A stretch of DNA of 63,407 bases, filler included, from Actinomycetota bacterium (GTDB taxonomy: Bacteria; Actinomycetota; Acidimicrobiia; IMCC26256; VFJJ01): assembly GCA_009886115.1 (NCBI GenBank). It is 5 parts of 5 records of this genome, joined end to end, with 100 filler letters (N's around TTAATTAATTAA, not from the genome) between each part and the next. Parts side by side here need not be neighbours in the genome. Positions count along the whole stretch, not along the records: positions 1 to 21,031 come from VFJJ01000150.1; 4 more parts are not named here. One strand, 5' to 3'. The notes under the pieces were generated by a model that was given only the letters and a program-made list of their open reading frames with translations, had not been told where the DNA came from and did not search any database. Each line of letters opens with the position of its first letter. Position 1 is the first letter of the stretch. The translations under genes and the position numbers were made by a program. Below are positions 1 to 9,353 of this stretch, in pieces.

Positions 1-1365
1 GTACAGGGCCTTGTCGGGCGCGGGATCGGGATCGAAGTCGAACCCCGAGAGGATCACGTCGTTGCACAGCACGTCCCACACGGCTGCGGAGTCGGTGAGC
101 GCGTCGAGGAGCCATCCCTCCTGCTCCCGTCCGAGCAGTGTGGCCTCGGGATCGTCTCGCCCGGCGCAGGTGCCGCCGAAGTCGCTGATGGTCGCGCCCC
201 GGCAGGGCTGGACGCTGCGGTACTGGCGACCGTCGAGCACGTAGAAGGTGGCCAGATCGCCGAAACCGGCCTGGCGGTAGATGACCAGATCGGGCCCGTC
301 GGGCGGATCGACGCGGGTGGGCATGTGCTCCCACCAGGCCTGGTAGCCGGCAGCGCGCCGATCGAGGAAGCCGGGATCGGCCCGCTCGACGGTGTCGGCC
401 GCGTAGTTGTTGGCCACCTCGTGGTCGTCCCAGGTGACGAGCCAGGGCGCAGCACGGTGTGCCGCTTGCAGATCGGGGTCGCTGCGGTAGAGCGCGTAGC
501 GGGCCCGGTACTCGTCGAGCGTGCGGACGGTGTCGCTGTTGTGCAGGCGCGGAGCGCCCTCCTCGATGCCGCCTTCGTAGATGTAGTCGCCGAGGAACAC
601 GACGCAGTCGAGGTCGGGGGCCTGCTGGGCCACGTCGCGCCAGGCCGAGTAGTAACCCGACTGGTAGTCCTGGCACGAGGCGAAGGCGAACGTGAGGACC
701 CCGGGTGAGGCATCGGCGCCGGGGAACGTGCGGGTGACGCCGACGTCGCTGGTCTGCTCGCCGTTCTCGGCCACGACCCGGAATCGGTACAGATAACGGG
801 TGTCGGGTTCGAGCCCGGTCGCCAGCGCGTGCACGCTGTAGCCGAAGCGCCGCTGGGCTTCGGTGAGCCCGCGCGCGATCGGGGCCGTGAAGTCGGCGTC
901 GTCGGTCGCCGTCACCTCCCAGACCACGTCGATCGCCTCGGCGGTGAGCGGCACGGCATCAGCTCCGGGCACGTCGCCCAGGTGCAACCGCGTCCAGAGC
1001 ACCACCGAGGTGTCGTCGGGATCGCCCGATGCCACCCCCAGGGTGAACGCCGGGCCGCCGACCGCGGGAGCGATTCGTGGCTCAGGGACGGTCGTTGTGG
1101 TGGTGTCGGGGACGGGCGCCGTGGTCGACGGGGAGGCGGTCGTGATCGAGGTGGCGGGAGGGGGTGTGCTCGTCGGGGCGGGCTGGGTGGCGCCGGTGGA
1201 GGGGCTCGCTGACGGCGGGGTCTCGTCGTCGCTGCTGCACCCTGCGATGACCGCCGCCGTGCCTGCCAGCCCCGCGGCGAGGAACTTCCGACGGGGGATG
1301 CCTTCTGGGGCCGCAGTGCGAGCCTGCGGGGGCGTCGAACGACTGGGCGGAGCCGCAGGTTCGAT
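1..1365 (-). CDS. phoD: Alkaline phosphatase D family Tat-exported lipoprotein, 3'-truncated by the window edge; start codon uncertain
   Basis: Minus frame not in the ORF track because it has no stop. Reads PRRKFLAAGLAGTAAVIAGC (Tat + lipobox), FTLGVASGDP..VVLWTRL, FAFASCQ, FLGDYIYE, WDDHEVANNY. No ATG/GTG/TTG in frame between the Tat motif and the divergent gene; in-frame ATC at 1365. Confidence 0.85.
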   Translation of the reverse strand, partial: MEPAAPPSRSTPPQARTAAPEGIPRRKFLAAGLAGTAAVIAGCSSDDETPPSASPSTGATQPAPTSTPPPATSITTASPSTTAPVPDTTTTTVPEPRIAPAVGGPAFTLGVASGDPDDTSVVLWTRLHLGDVPGADAVPLTAEAIDVVWEVTATDDADFTAPIARGLTEAQRRFGYSVHALATGLEPDTRYLYRFRVVAENGEQTSDVGVTRTFPGADASPGVLTFAFASCQDYQSGYYSAWRDVAQQAPDLDCVVFLGDYIYEGGIEEGAPRLHNSDTVRTLDEYRARYALYRSDPDLQAAHRAAPWLVTWDDHEVANNYAADTVERADPGFLDRRAAGYQAWWEHMPTRVDPPDGPDLVIYRQAGFGDLATFYVLDGRQYRSVQPCRGATISDFGGTCAGRDDPEATLLGREQEGWLLDALTDSAAVWDVLCNDVILSGFDFDPDPAPDKALY

Positions 1366-1422
1366 GGGGGCCAGGGTAACGTCCGCCAGCTGGCCGGGTG
1401 ATGGACACGAGGAGACCGAGGA

Positions 1423-2631
1423 ATGGCGACGCCGCGTGGAGAGTGGGGGTTCGCGACGCCGCTCGACGACACCAGTGGCGAAGTGGCCATCGTCGGCGTC
1501 GGCGACTCCGACCACAGCGCCGCGTCGGGGCGCACCCAGAAGGAGGTTGCGGCGCAGGCGATCGACCGGGCGCTCGCCGACGCAGGGCTGAAGGCCCGCG
1601 ACATCGACGGCATCATGCACGTCCCCATGGCGGGTATGGAGTTCACCGACGACGACTTCCGTGAGTACTTCGGGGTCACGCATGATCTGTGGGTCTCCAA
1701 GCAGGGTGGTGGGATGGTGTGGGCAGCCACGGCGCCGCACACCGCTGCCATGGCGATCCGCGAGGGCAAGGCGAAATACATCCTCAACACCTTCGCCGTG
1801 GCCTGGGCCACGCAGCGCAACTCGATGGTCGGCGGGCCTGGCGAGAGCCACGCCAAGGAGCTCTTCAAGCAGAACCTCGAGGTGCCGATGGGCTGGTTCC
1901 CCCAGCCCGTGTACTTCGCGACGATCGCCCGTCGGCACATGCACGAGTTCGGGACCCGTCCCGAGCACCTGGGCCGGATCGCGGTGGCCTGTCGGACGCA
2001 CGCCAACGCGCACCCTGGCGCGGTCATGCACCACAAGCCGCTCACGCTCGACGAGTACCTCGCCAAGCCGATGATGGTCGACCCGTTCCGCAAGGAGGAC
2101 TGCTGTCTCATCTCCGACGGTGGAGGGGCGTACATCATGACGTCCACCGAGCGGGCCCGTGATCTCCGTCAACCGGTCGTCGAGGTGGCCGGGGTCGGGC
2201 TGGGCAACAGCCACACCGGCCCGCACTGGTCGCAGCAGTCGGCCTTCACCTCGACGCCCCATGTGTTCTCGGGCGGCGCCTTCGGGATGGCCGGTATCAC
2301 CCCGGCCGACGTCGACGTGTTCACGTGTTACGACCCGTTCACGATCGTCACGGCGATGACGATCGAAGACCTGGGTTTCTGTCCGAAAGGTGAGATCGGA
2401 GCGTTTCTCGAGTCGACGCCGCTCAGCCATGACGGCGGCGGGCTGCCGATCCAGACCCATGGCGGCATGCTCTCGCATGCGTACGTGCTCGGGATCTCGC
2501 ACGTCGTCGAGGTGGTCCACCAGCTTCGGGGTGAGGCGCACGCACAGGTGCCCGACGCCGAGATCGGCATCTACGCCGGGTACACCGGTCCGCAGGCGAG
2601 CGTGCTCGTGCTCAGAAAACACCGGGGGTAG
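1423..2631 (+). CDS. Thiolase-fold protein, SCP2-thiolase/Ltp2 aldolase-like
   Basis: VAIVGVG, DCCLISDGGGA, CYDPFT, QTHGGMLSHAY; SD GAGGA immediately before ATG; paired with a DUF35 gene. Confidence 0.85.
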   Translation: MATPRGEWGFATPLDDTSGEVAIVGVGDSDHSAASGRTQKEVAAQAIDRALADAGLKARDIDGIMHVPMAGMEFTDDDFREYFGVTHDLWVSKQGGGMVWAATAPHTAAMAIREGKAKYILNTFAVAWATQRNSMVGGPGESHAKELFKQNLEVPMGWFPQPVYFATIARRHMHEFGTRPEHLGRIAVACRTHANAHPGAVMHHKPLTLDEYLAKPMMVDPFRKEDCCLISDGGGAYIMTSTERARDLRQPVVEVAGVGLGNSHTGPHWSQQSAFTSTPHVFSGGAFGMAGITPADVDVFTCYDPFTIVTAMTIEDLGFCPKGEIGAFLESTPLSHDGGGLPIQTHGGMLSHAYVLGISHVVEVVHQLRGEAHAQVPDAEIGIYAGYTGPQASVLVLRKHRG

Positions 2632-2634
2632 TCA

Positions 2635-3090
2635 ATGGCTGAGTACCGAGAGGGTTCGACCAGCCGGGCCACGTTCCCGCTTCCCGACGTGGAGTGGCCG
2701 CCGACCGCTCCTTACTGGGACGGGGCCGCGTCGGGCGAGCTGCGCATCCCGTTCTGCGACGCGTGCGGGGCATCGAACTGGTTCCCCGAGGCCGAGTGCG
2801 GGGCCTGCTTGGCCAGCGCGTTCACATGGCGGGTGATGTCGGGACAGGGGACCTTGTTCTCGTGGGTCGTCGTGCATCGGCCGTTCCTGGCCCAGTACGC
2901 CGACGACATCCCGTTCGTTCCCGCCCTGGTTTCGCTCGACGAAGCCCCCGAGGTGCGGGTGCCGACCCGGATCGTCGAGACCGAGCCCGATTCGCTGATC
3001 TTCGACATGGCGGTAACCGTTGCGTTCCGCCCCTTGCACTTCCGAGGTGTCGACGGCGAGGTGACCGCCCCCTTCTTCGTGCCCGCCTGA
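2635..3090 (+). CDS. DUF35 Zn-ribbon/OB-fold protein (ChsH2-like partner)
   Basis: CDAC...CGAC Zn ribbon, SGQGTLFSWVVVH, PFVPALVSLDEAP; 3 nt after the thiolase-fold gene. Confidence 0.9.
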   Translation: MAEYREGSTSRATFPLPDVEWPPTAPYWDGAASGELRIPFCDACGASNWFPEAECGACLASAFTWRVMSGQGTLFSWVVVHRPFLAQYADDIPFVPALVSLDEAPEVRVPTRIVETEPDSLIFDMAVTVAFRPLHFRGVDGEVTAPFFVPA

Positions 3091-3157
3091 GAGTGGACCT
3101 GAGCGCGTGTCGAAACCGAGGTCATCGCGGGTGAAGCCCCGGAGGTACGATTGCGGC

Positions 3158-3400
3158 ATGGATCGCGTCACGCCGAGCACGCCGTCGGACGGCCCGGCAT
3201 CCTCACGCCATCGGCGGGTCGCGGCGGTCGTCACGAAGAAGCGCCTCACTGAGCCCGATGAGGCGTGGCGATACTGGACGACCCGGCCCGCCCTAGAACG
3301 GCTTGCTGCCGTCGAGGATCTGAGGCGTGAATTTCATGGATGGCATGATCAACCTCGACCCCGACTTTCTCGACTTCATCACGTCGTGCATCGATCGTGA
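3158..3400 (+). CDS. Small hypothetical protein, partner of the nucleotidyltransferase
   Basis: 80 aa with YWTTRPALERLAAVEDLRR...PRLSR; TACGAT -10 six nt before ATG; overlaps the next gene by 56 nt. Confidence 0.65.
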   Translation: MDRVTPSTPSDGPASSRHRRVAAVVTKKRLTEPDEAWRYWTTRPALERLAAVEDLRREFHGWHDQPRPRLSRLHHVVHRS

Positions 3401-3797
3401 CGTGCGATTCCTGATCGTCGGGGGTTACGCGGTCGCCGCTCACGGGCACCCGCGATACACCAAGGATCTCGACGTGTGGGTGCTGGTCGATCAGCGCAAT
3501 GCCGAGCATCTGCTGCTGGCGCTGGAAGATTTCGGCTTCGGTTCGCTCGGGCTGACGACCCAGGACTTCCTCGATGACGATGTCGTCATCCAACTCGGGT
3601 ACGAGCCGGTTCGCATCGACGTGCTGACGGCCGCATCGGGTGTCGACTTCGCCGAATGCTACGAGCGACGCGTCGAGATCGACGTCGGCGGGCTTCGCGT
3701 CCCGTTCATCTCGCTCCCCGATCTGCGTCGGAACAAGGCTGCGAGTGGTCGTCTCCGCGACCTCGCAGACCTCGAGGATCTGCCCGTGGGCGACTGA
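3345..3797 (+). CDS. Minimal nucleotidyltransferase (DUF6036-like)
   Basis: LIVGGYAVAAHGHPRYTKDLDVW (GG...DxD NTase motif), RIDVLT, NKAASGRLRDLADLE. Confidence 0.85.
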   Translation: MINLDPDFLDFITSCIDRDVRFLIVGGYAVAAHGHPRYTKDLDVWVLVDQRNAEHLLLALEDFGFGSLGLTTQDFLDDDVVIQLGYEPVRIDVLTAASGVDFAECYERRVEIDVGGLRVPFISLPDLRRNKAASGRLRDLADLEDLPVGD

Positions 3798-3868
3798 GGA
3801 GCGGCGGTCGTCACCAGCCGCAGCCGGTACGCTCGAGCGGGTAGCAACTCACGGTGGAAGGGCTCGTC

Positions 3869-5251
3869 ATGGACGTTCACGAATCGCTGCTCGACCTCGT
3901 CGGGAACACGCCGCTCGTGCGGCTCGACCGGGTCGGGAAGGGGCTGCGATGCATGCTGCTCGCGAAGCTCGAGCAGTTGAACCCGGGCGGGTCGGTGAAG
4001 GACCGTCCGGCCGTTGCCATGGTCGACGTGGCCGAACGGGATGGGTTGCTGAAACCTGGCGGGACGATCGTGGAACCCACGAGCGGCAACACCGGTGTGG
4101 GTCTGGCGATCGTGGCGGCGCGTCGGGGGTACCGATGCGTGTTCACCATGCCCGACAAGATGAGCCAGGAGAAGATCTCGCTGCTACGGGCCTACGGCGC
4201 CGAGGTGATCGTCTGCCCGACCGCGGTCGCCCCCGAGCACCCCGAGTCGTACTACTCCGTCGCCAACCGTCTGGCCCGTGAGATCCCCGGGGGCTTCCAG
4301 CCCAATCAGTACCACAACCCGGCCAACCCGGCTTCGCACGTCGCCTCGACCGGCCCCGAGATCTGGCGCCAGACCGACGGTCGGGTCACCCATTTCGTCG
4401 CCGGCATCGGGACCGGAGGGACGATCTCCGGTGTGGGCAAGGCGCTGAAGGGTTTCAGCCCGACGGTGCAGATCGTGGGGGCCGACCCCGAGGGCTCGGT
4501 CTATTCGGGAGGCACCGGCCGGCCCTACCTCGTCGAAGGCATCGGTGAGGACTTCTGGCCCACCACGTACGACGGATCCGTCGTCGACAAGATCGTGATG
4601 GTCAGCGACCGCGACTCGTTCCTGACGGCCCGCCGGGTCACGAGGGAGGAGGGGATCCTCGTCGGCGGCTCGGCCGGGACCGCGGTGTGGGCCGCCCTCG
4701 AGGTGGCTCGCGATCTGGGGCCTGACGACGTGGTGGTCGTGCTCATCCCCGACTCGGGTCGCGGCTATCTCTCGAAGCTCTACAACGACTCGTGGATGGC
4801 CGACTACGGCTTCTCGAGCACCGAAGGCCCGAGCGCGGCCGACGTGCTGGCCCGAAAGGACGGCGTCCTCCCCGAGCTTGTTCACGTGCATCCCGAGGAG
4901 ACCGTGAGGCAGGCCATCGACATCCTGCGCGAGTACGGCGTCTCGCAGATGCCGGTGGTCAAGCACGAGCCTCCGCTCAACGCTGCCGAGGTGGCGGGTG
5001 CCGTGCACGACCGCGACCTGATGGAGCTGGCGTTCCGCGATCCCGCGGCGCTCGACCGCCCGATCGGCGACGTGATGGGACCGGCGCTGCCTCGCATGGG
5101 CACGGGCGAGTCGGTCGAGATGGCCGTGGAGCTGCTCGGCAGCGCGCCGGCGGTGCTCGTGCTCGACGGCGGCCACCCCATCGGCATCATCACCCGCTCC
5201 GATGTCCTGGGGTTCCTCTCCGCGCGCCCGTCCCCCGGGGCCGGGCGGTGA
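3869..5251 (+). CDS. cbs: Cystathionine beta-synthase
   Basis: NPGGSVKDR PLP lysine, EPTSGNTG, GTGGT, C-terminal CBS domain pair. Confidence 0.95.
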   Translation: MDVHESLLDLVGNTPLVRLDRVGKGLRCMLLAKLEQLNPGGSVKDRPAVAMVDVAERDGLLKPGGTIVEPTSGNTGVGLAIVAARRGYRCVFTMPDKMSQEKISLLRAYGAEVIVCPTAVAPEHPESYYSVANRLAREIPGGFQPNQYHNPANPASHVASTGPEIWRQTDGRVTHFVAGIGTGGTISGVGKALKGFSPTVQIVGADPEGSVYSGGTGRPYLVEGIGEDFWPTTYDGSVVDKIVMVSDRDSFLTARRVTREEGILVGGSAGTAVWAALEVARDLGPDDVVVVLIPDSGRGYLSKLYNDSWMADYGFSSTEGPSAADVLARKDGVLPELVHVHPEETVRQAIDILREYGVSQMPVVKHEPPLNAAEVAGAVHDRDLMELAFRDPAALDRPIGDVMGPALPRMGTGESVEMAVELLGSAPAVLVLDGGHPIGIITRSDVLGFLSARPSPGAGR

Positions 5252-6432
5252 CCGTGGCCGGTGCCGAATCCCCGGCCACCCCGGATCCCTTTGCCGACAA
5301 GGGTTTCGCGACCCGAGCGATCCACGCCGGCCAACCTCACGACCCCACCTCGGGAGCGGTCGTCACGCCGATCGTGCTCTCGTCGACGTTCGCACAGGAA
5401 GCCGTCGGTGTTCATCGGGGCTTCGAGTACTCGCGCAGCGGCAACCCCACCCGCCAGGCCCTCGAGCGCTGCGTGGCGTCGTTGGAAGGTGCCCGTCACG
5501 GCCTGGCGTTCGCGTCGGGCCTGGCCGCCCTCGACGTCGTGTGCCGCGACCTCGCCCCGGGCGATCGGGTCCTGCTCTCCAACGACGCCTACGGCGGCAC
5601 CTACCGCCTGCTGGCTCGCATCTACGGCCCTCTCGGGGTCGAGGTGGTCGTCGCCGACCTGAGCGATCTGACGGCCGTCGAGGCGGCCCTGAGCCGCCCG
5701 ACGACCATGGTGGTGTTGGAGACGCCAACCAATCCCGTCCTGCGGATCCTCGACATCGAGGCCATCAGCGCGCTGGCCCATCGCAGCGGCGCCACCGTGG
5801 TGGTCGACAACACCTTCGCCACGCCCTACCTCCAGCAGCCCTTGGCCCTCGGGGCTGATGTCGTCATGCACTCGTCGACCAAGTACCTGGGCGGGCACTC
5901 CGACGTGGTCGGCGGCTTCTTGGCCACCAGCGACGACGCCCGGGCCGAGCGTCTCGCGTACCTCCAGAACGCCGCGGGCGCGGTCCCGGGCCCGTTCGAC
6001 TGCTACCTGGTGCTGCGGGGGGTCAAGACCCTGGCCGCTCGGATGGAGCAGCACTGCCGCAACGCGGCCGCGGTGGCCGATCTCCTCGTCGGACATCCGG
6101 CGGTGGGCGAGGTGTTCTACCCGGGCCTGCCATCACACCCCGGACATGCCGTCGCCACCCGTCAGATGCGGGGTTTCGGGGGGATGGTCTCGTTCACCAT
6201 GCGTGAGGGCGAGGCCGCCGCGGTGGCCGCGGTCGCTCGGACCGGGATCTTCACCCTGGCCGAGTCGCTCGGCGCGGTCGAGTCGCTCATCGAGCATCCG
6301 GGGCGGATGACGCATGCCTCGGTCGCCGGCTCGGCGCTCGAGGTGAACCCCGCGCTCATCCGGCTGTCGGTCGGGATCGAGGATGTCGCCGACCTGCTCG
6401 CCGACCTGCACATGGCCTTGGCCCCGCGCTGA
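5248..6432 (+). CDS. metB: Cystathionine gamma-synthase/gamma-lyase
   Basis: YSRSGNPTR, ETPTNP, DNTFATP, HSSTKYLGGHSD, LAESLG; GTGA overlap with cbs. Confidence 0.92.
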   Translation: MTVAGAESPATPDPFADKGFATRAIHAGQPHDPTSGAVVTPIVLSSTFAQEAVGVHRGFEYSRSGNPTRQALERCVASLEGARHGLAFASGLAALDVVCRDLAPGDRVLLSNDAYGGTYRLLARIYGPLGVEVVVADLSDLTAVEAALSRPTTMVVLETPTNPVLRILDIEAISALAHRSGATVVVDNTFATPYLQQPLALGADVVMHSSTKYLGGHSDVVGGFLATSDDARAERLAYLQNAAGAVPGPFDCYLVLRGVKTLAARMEQHCRNAAAVADLLVGHPAVGEVFYPGLPSHPGHAVATRQMRGFGGMVSFTMREGEAAAVAAVARTGIFTLAESLGAVESLIEHPGRMTHASVAGSALEVNPALIRLSVGIEDVADLLADLHMALAPR

Positions 6433-6506
6433 CGGGTGAGGTCGGGCTGGGACGGTCCGCGGCCCCGCCCGGTCGGAGCCGGCGGCCTCCGTCGGTCAGC
6501 CGGCGG

Positions 6507-6794
6507 CTACCAGTCGGCGGTGGCGCGCTCTCTGCGGTAGTCGGAGAGGGCAGTGCGGCACAGGTCGCAGCGGCAGCCCTCGTTGGCCATCCGGACCGTG
6601 CCGTGCGTGGCGGGGGGGCGACGGTCGGTACGCCGCTCCTCGACCGAAGCCTGATCTTCCTTGGGCTTGGGCGCTCGAGGCTTGGCTGCCTGGGCAGCCG
6701 CGGCCGCGGCCAACTTCGCTGCCGCGGCCTTCGACAGCGGCTTCTTGACCTCGTCGGGCTTCGTCGTCTTGGCGACCACGGCTTTCTGAGCCAC
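6507..6794 (-). CDS. Small Lys/Ala-rich protein with a C-terminal HGT-x6-GCRCxxC Zn-finger-like motif
   Basis: AAGGAG SD before GTG at 6794; 95 aa; KKPLSKAAAAKLAAAAAAQAAKPRAPKPK then HGTVRMANEGCRCDLCRTALSDYRR. Confidence 0.75.
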   Translation of the reverse strand: MAQKAVVAKTTKPDEVKKPLSKAAAAKLAAAAAAQAAKPRAPKPKEDQASVEERRTDRRPPATHGTVRMANEGCRCDLCRTALSDYRRERATADW

Positions 6795-6972
6795 AGTGAT
6801 CGCTCTCCTTAGGTTTGGGCGTGCGCGGTGCGACGCAGAGTCATGATCGCGCCGCGGTCCGTCGGGGTCGGCGTCGGACGGCCGCAGCGATGTAGGCAAC
6901 TCCAAGGGTACGTGATGATGCAAGTCGGGGCCGTGACCGGGGCAATCGCCTCGAATCCGAGACCTCTCTCGG

Positions 6973-8472
6973 CTACTCCGACGAGAGGAACATCGTCTTG
7001 ACCTCGGTGTAGGCCGCCATGGCGTGCATCCCGAGCTCTCGCCCCAGCCCCGAGAGCTTGTACCCCCCGAACGGCGCCTCCTGATGCACCGACGAGTTCG
7101 AATTGACCGAGATGACCCCGGTACGGACGCCTCGGGCCACCCGCAGCGCCCTCCCGAGGTCGCCCGTCCACAGCGAACCCGAGAGCCCGTAGATCGAGTC
7201 GTTGGCCAACTCGATTGCGTGGTGCTCGTCGTCGAACGGGATGACCGCGGCGACCGGTCCGAAGATCTCCTCCCGGGCGACGCGCATCCGGTTGTCGACG
7301 TCGGCGAGCACGCACGGGGTCAGATACGACCCGGCGGCGAGCGAAGCGTCGGAGGGTCGAGTGCCTCCCGTGACGATGCGGGCGCCTTCACCGACCCCGA
7401 GATCGACGTACCCGGTCACGCTCTGACGCTGCTTGTCGGAGATGAGCGGCCCCATCTCGGTCGCCTCATCGAGCGGATGGCCGACCCGGATGGCAGCCGT
7501 CTTGGTTGCGAAGGCCGCGACGAACTCGTCGTAGACGCCGCGCTCGACGAGGATCCGGGCTCGGGCGCAGCAGTCCTGGCCGGCGTTGTCGAACACGGCG
7601 CCGGGCATGGCGTCGACGCAGCGCTCGAGGTCGGCATCGGCGAAGACGATGCACGCCGACTTCCCGCCGAGCTCGAGCGCCACTCTGGCGATGTTCGGCG
7701 CGCTCGACTGGAGGATCCCCACGCCGGTGGCCGTCTCGCCGGTGAACGAGATCTTGCTCACCCGGGCGTCGGAGACGAGGGCATCGCCGATCGAGGCACC
7801 GGGTCCCGGTACCACGCTCACCGCGTCCTCGGGGACGCCGGCCTCGACGAGGATCTCTCCGAGAACGAGCGCGGTGAGCGGCGTGTACGACGCAGGCTTG
7901 AGCACGATCGGATTCCCGCACGCCAGCGCCGGGGCCACCTTCCAGCCGGCGATCATCAGCGGGAAGTTCCACGGCACGATCAGCGCGCAGATACCGATGG
8001 GCTCGCGCAACACCAGCGCCAGACCGGGTTTGCCGACAGGTGCCACCTCGCCGAGGTGCTTGTTGGCTGCGCCCGCGTAGTACTCGAACGTCGATGCGCA
8101 GGCCTCGACCTCCCATCGGGCGCCGTTGATCGGCTTGCCCCCGTTGCGAGCCTCGAGCACGGCGATCTCCTCGGCGCGCTCGCGCAACAACATGGCGACA
8201 CGGTGCAGCACCCGTCCCCGCTGGGTGGCCGACGTCGTCGGCCAGCGGCCCCGCCCGCCGTCCCAGGCCCGCGTCGCGGCCGCGAGCGCCATTTCCACGT
8301 CAGCCGAACCGCCTTGCGCCACCTGGGCCAGGGGCCGGCCCGTGTGGGGCTCGTTGACGGTGAAGGTCCGGCCGTCGTGGGCTGGCATGGGACGGCCGCC
8401 GATCAGGAGATCGTGCGTGGGAAGCGACCCGCTCGCTTCGGCGCTCGGGTCCGGTGTTGGTGCGCTCGTCAT
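6973..8472 (-). CDS. Aldehyde dehydrogenase (gamma-glutamyl-aminoaldehyde type)
   Basis: PWNFP, FTGET, LELGGK, NAGQDCCA, EEIFGP; TAGCAT 7 nt before ATG 8472. Confidence 0.93.
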   Translation of the reverse strand: MTSAPTPDPSAEASGSLPTHDLLIGGRPMPAHDGRTFTVNEPHTGRPLAQVAQGGSADVEMALAAATRAWDGGRGRWPTTSATQRGRVLHRVAMLLRERAEEIAVLEARNGGKPINGARWEVEACASTFEYYAGAANKHLGEVAPVGKPGLALVLREPIGICALIVPWNFPLMIAGWKVAPALACGNPIVLKPASYTPLTALVLGEILVEAGVPEDAVSVVPGPGASIGDALVSDARVSKISFTGETATGVGILQSSAPNIARVALELGGKSACIVFADADLERCVDAMPGAVFDNAGQDCCARARILVERGVYDEFVAAFATKTAAIRVGHPLDEATEMGPLISDKQRQSVTGYVDLGVGEGARIVTGGTRPSDASLAAGSYLTPCVLADVDNRMRVAREEIFGPVAAVIPFDDEHHAIELANDSIYGLSGSLWTGDLGRALRVARGVRTGVISVNSNSSVHQEAPFGGYKLSGLGRELGMHAMAAYTEVKTMFLSSE

Positions 8473-8582
8473 GGTCGGCATGCTACGAACCGGGTCACGG
8501 AGCCGGCGAGTGGCGTCGGCCAGCGGAGTCGGCGAGTGGCGTCAGCGGGTCACGGAGTCGGTGGAGACGGAAGGGGTCGGCG

Positions 8583-9353
8583 ATGGGACGTCTCGAAGGC
8601 AAGGTCGCGGTCATCACCGGAGCGGCGAGCGGCCTGGGTCGGGTGGGGGCTGAGCTGTTCGCCTCGGAGGGCGCCGCGGTCGTCGTTGCCGACATCGCCG
8701 ACGGTTCCGAGACGGTGGCTGCGATCGAGGCGGCGGGGGGCCGGGCGAGCCACGTCCACTGCGACGTCTCGTCGGACGAGTCGGTCGCCGCGGCCATGGC
8801 CCACGCCGTCTCGGTCCACGGGGGCCTGCACGTGCTCTACAACAACGCCGGGATCAGTCCCGGCGACGACGACGGCCCCACGAACACGTCGGAGGCGACC
8901 TGGAGGGCCGTCCTCGACATCAACGTGCAGGGCGTGGCCCGCTGCTGCAAGCACGGGATACCGGCCATGCTCGCATCGGGTGGCGGGTCGATCGTCAACG
9001 TGGCGTCGTTCGTGGCCCACGTGGGTGCGGCGACACCGCAGATCGCCTACACGGCGTCGAAAGGCGCCGTGTTGGCCATGACGCGTGAGATCGCGACGAT
9101 CTATGCCCGCCAAGGGATTCGCGTCAATGCCCTGTGCCCGGGACCCGTCCTCACGCCGTTGCTGGCCAAGTTCCTCTCCGACGACGCCAAGCGGCAGCGC
9201 CGGCTCGTGCACGTTCCCATGGGCCGCTTCGGCCAGCCCGAGGAGATCGCCAAGGCCGCGCTGTTCCTGGCGTCCGACGACTCGTCGTTCATGACGGGCG
9301 CCTCGTTGCTCGTCGACGGCGGTATCACCGCTGCGTACACCACGCCCGAATAG
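8583..9353 (+). CDS. Short-chain dehydrogenase/reductase
   Basis: TGAASGLG, NNAG, YTASK; KRQRRLVHVPMGRFG is typical of SDRs in GS-like amine clusters. Confidence 0.93.
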   Translation: MGRLEGKVAVITGAASGLGRVGAELFASEGAAVVVADIADGSETVAAIEAAGGRASHVHCDVSSDESVAAAMAHAVSVHGGLHVLYNNAGISPGDDDGPTNTSEATWRAVLDINVQGVARCCKHGIPAMLASGGGSIVNVASFVAHVGAATPQIAYTASKGAVLAMTREIATIYARQGIRVNALCPGPVLTPLLAKFLSDDAKRQRRLVHVPMGRFGQPEEIAKAALFLASDDSSFMTGASLLVDGGITAAYTTPE

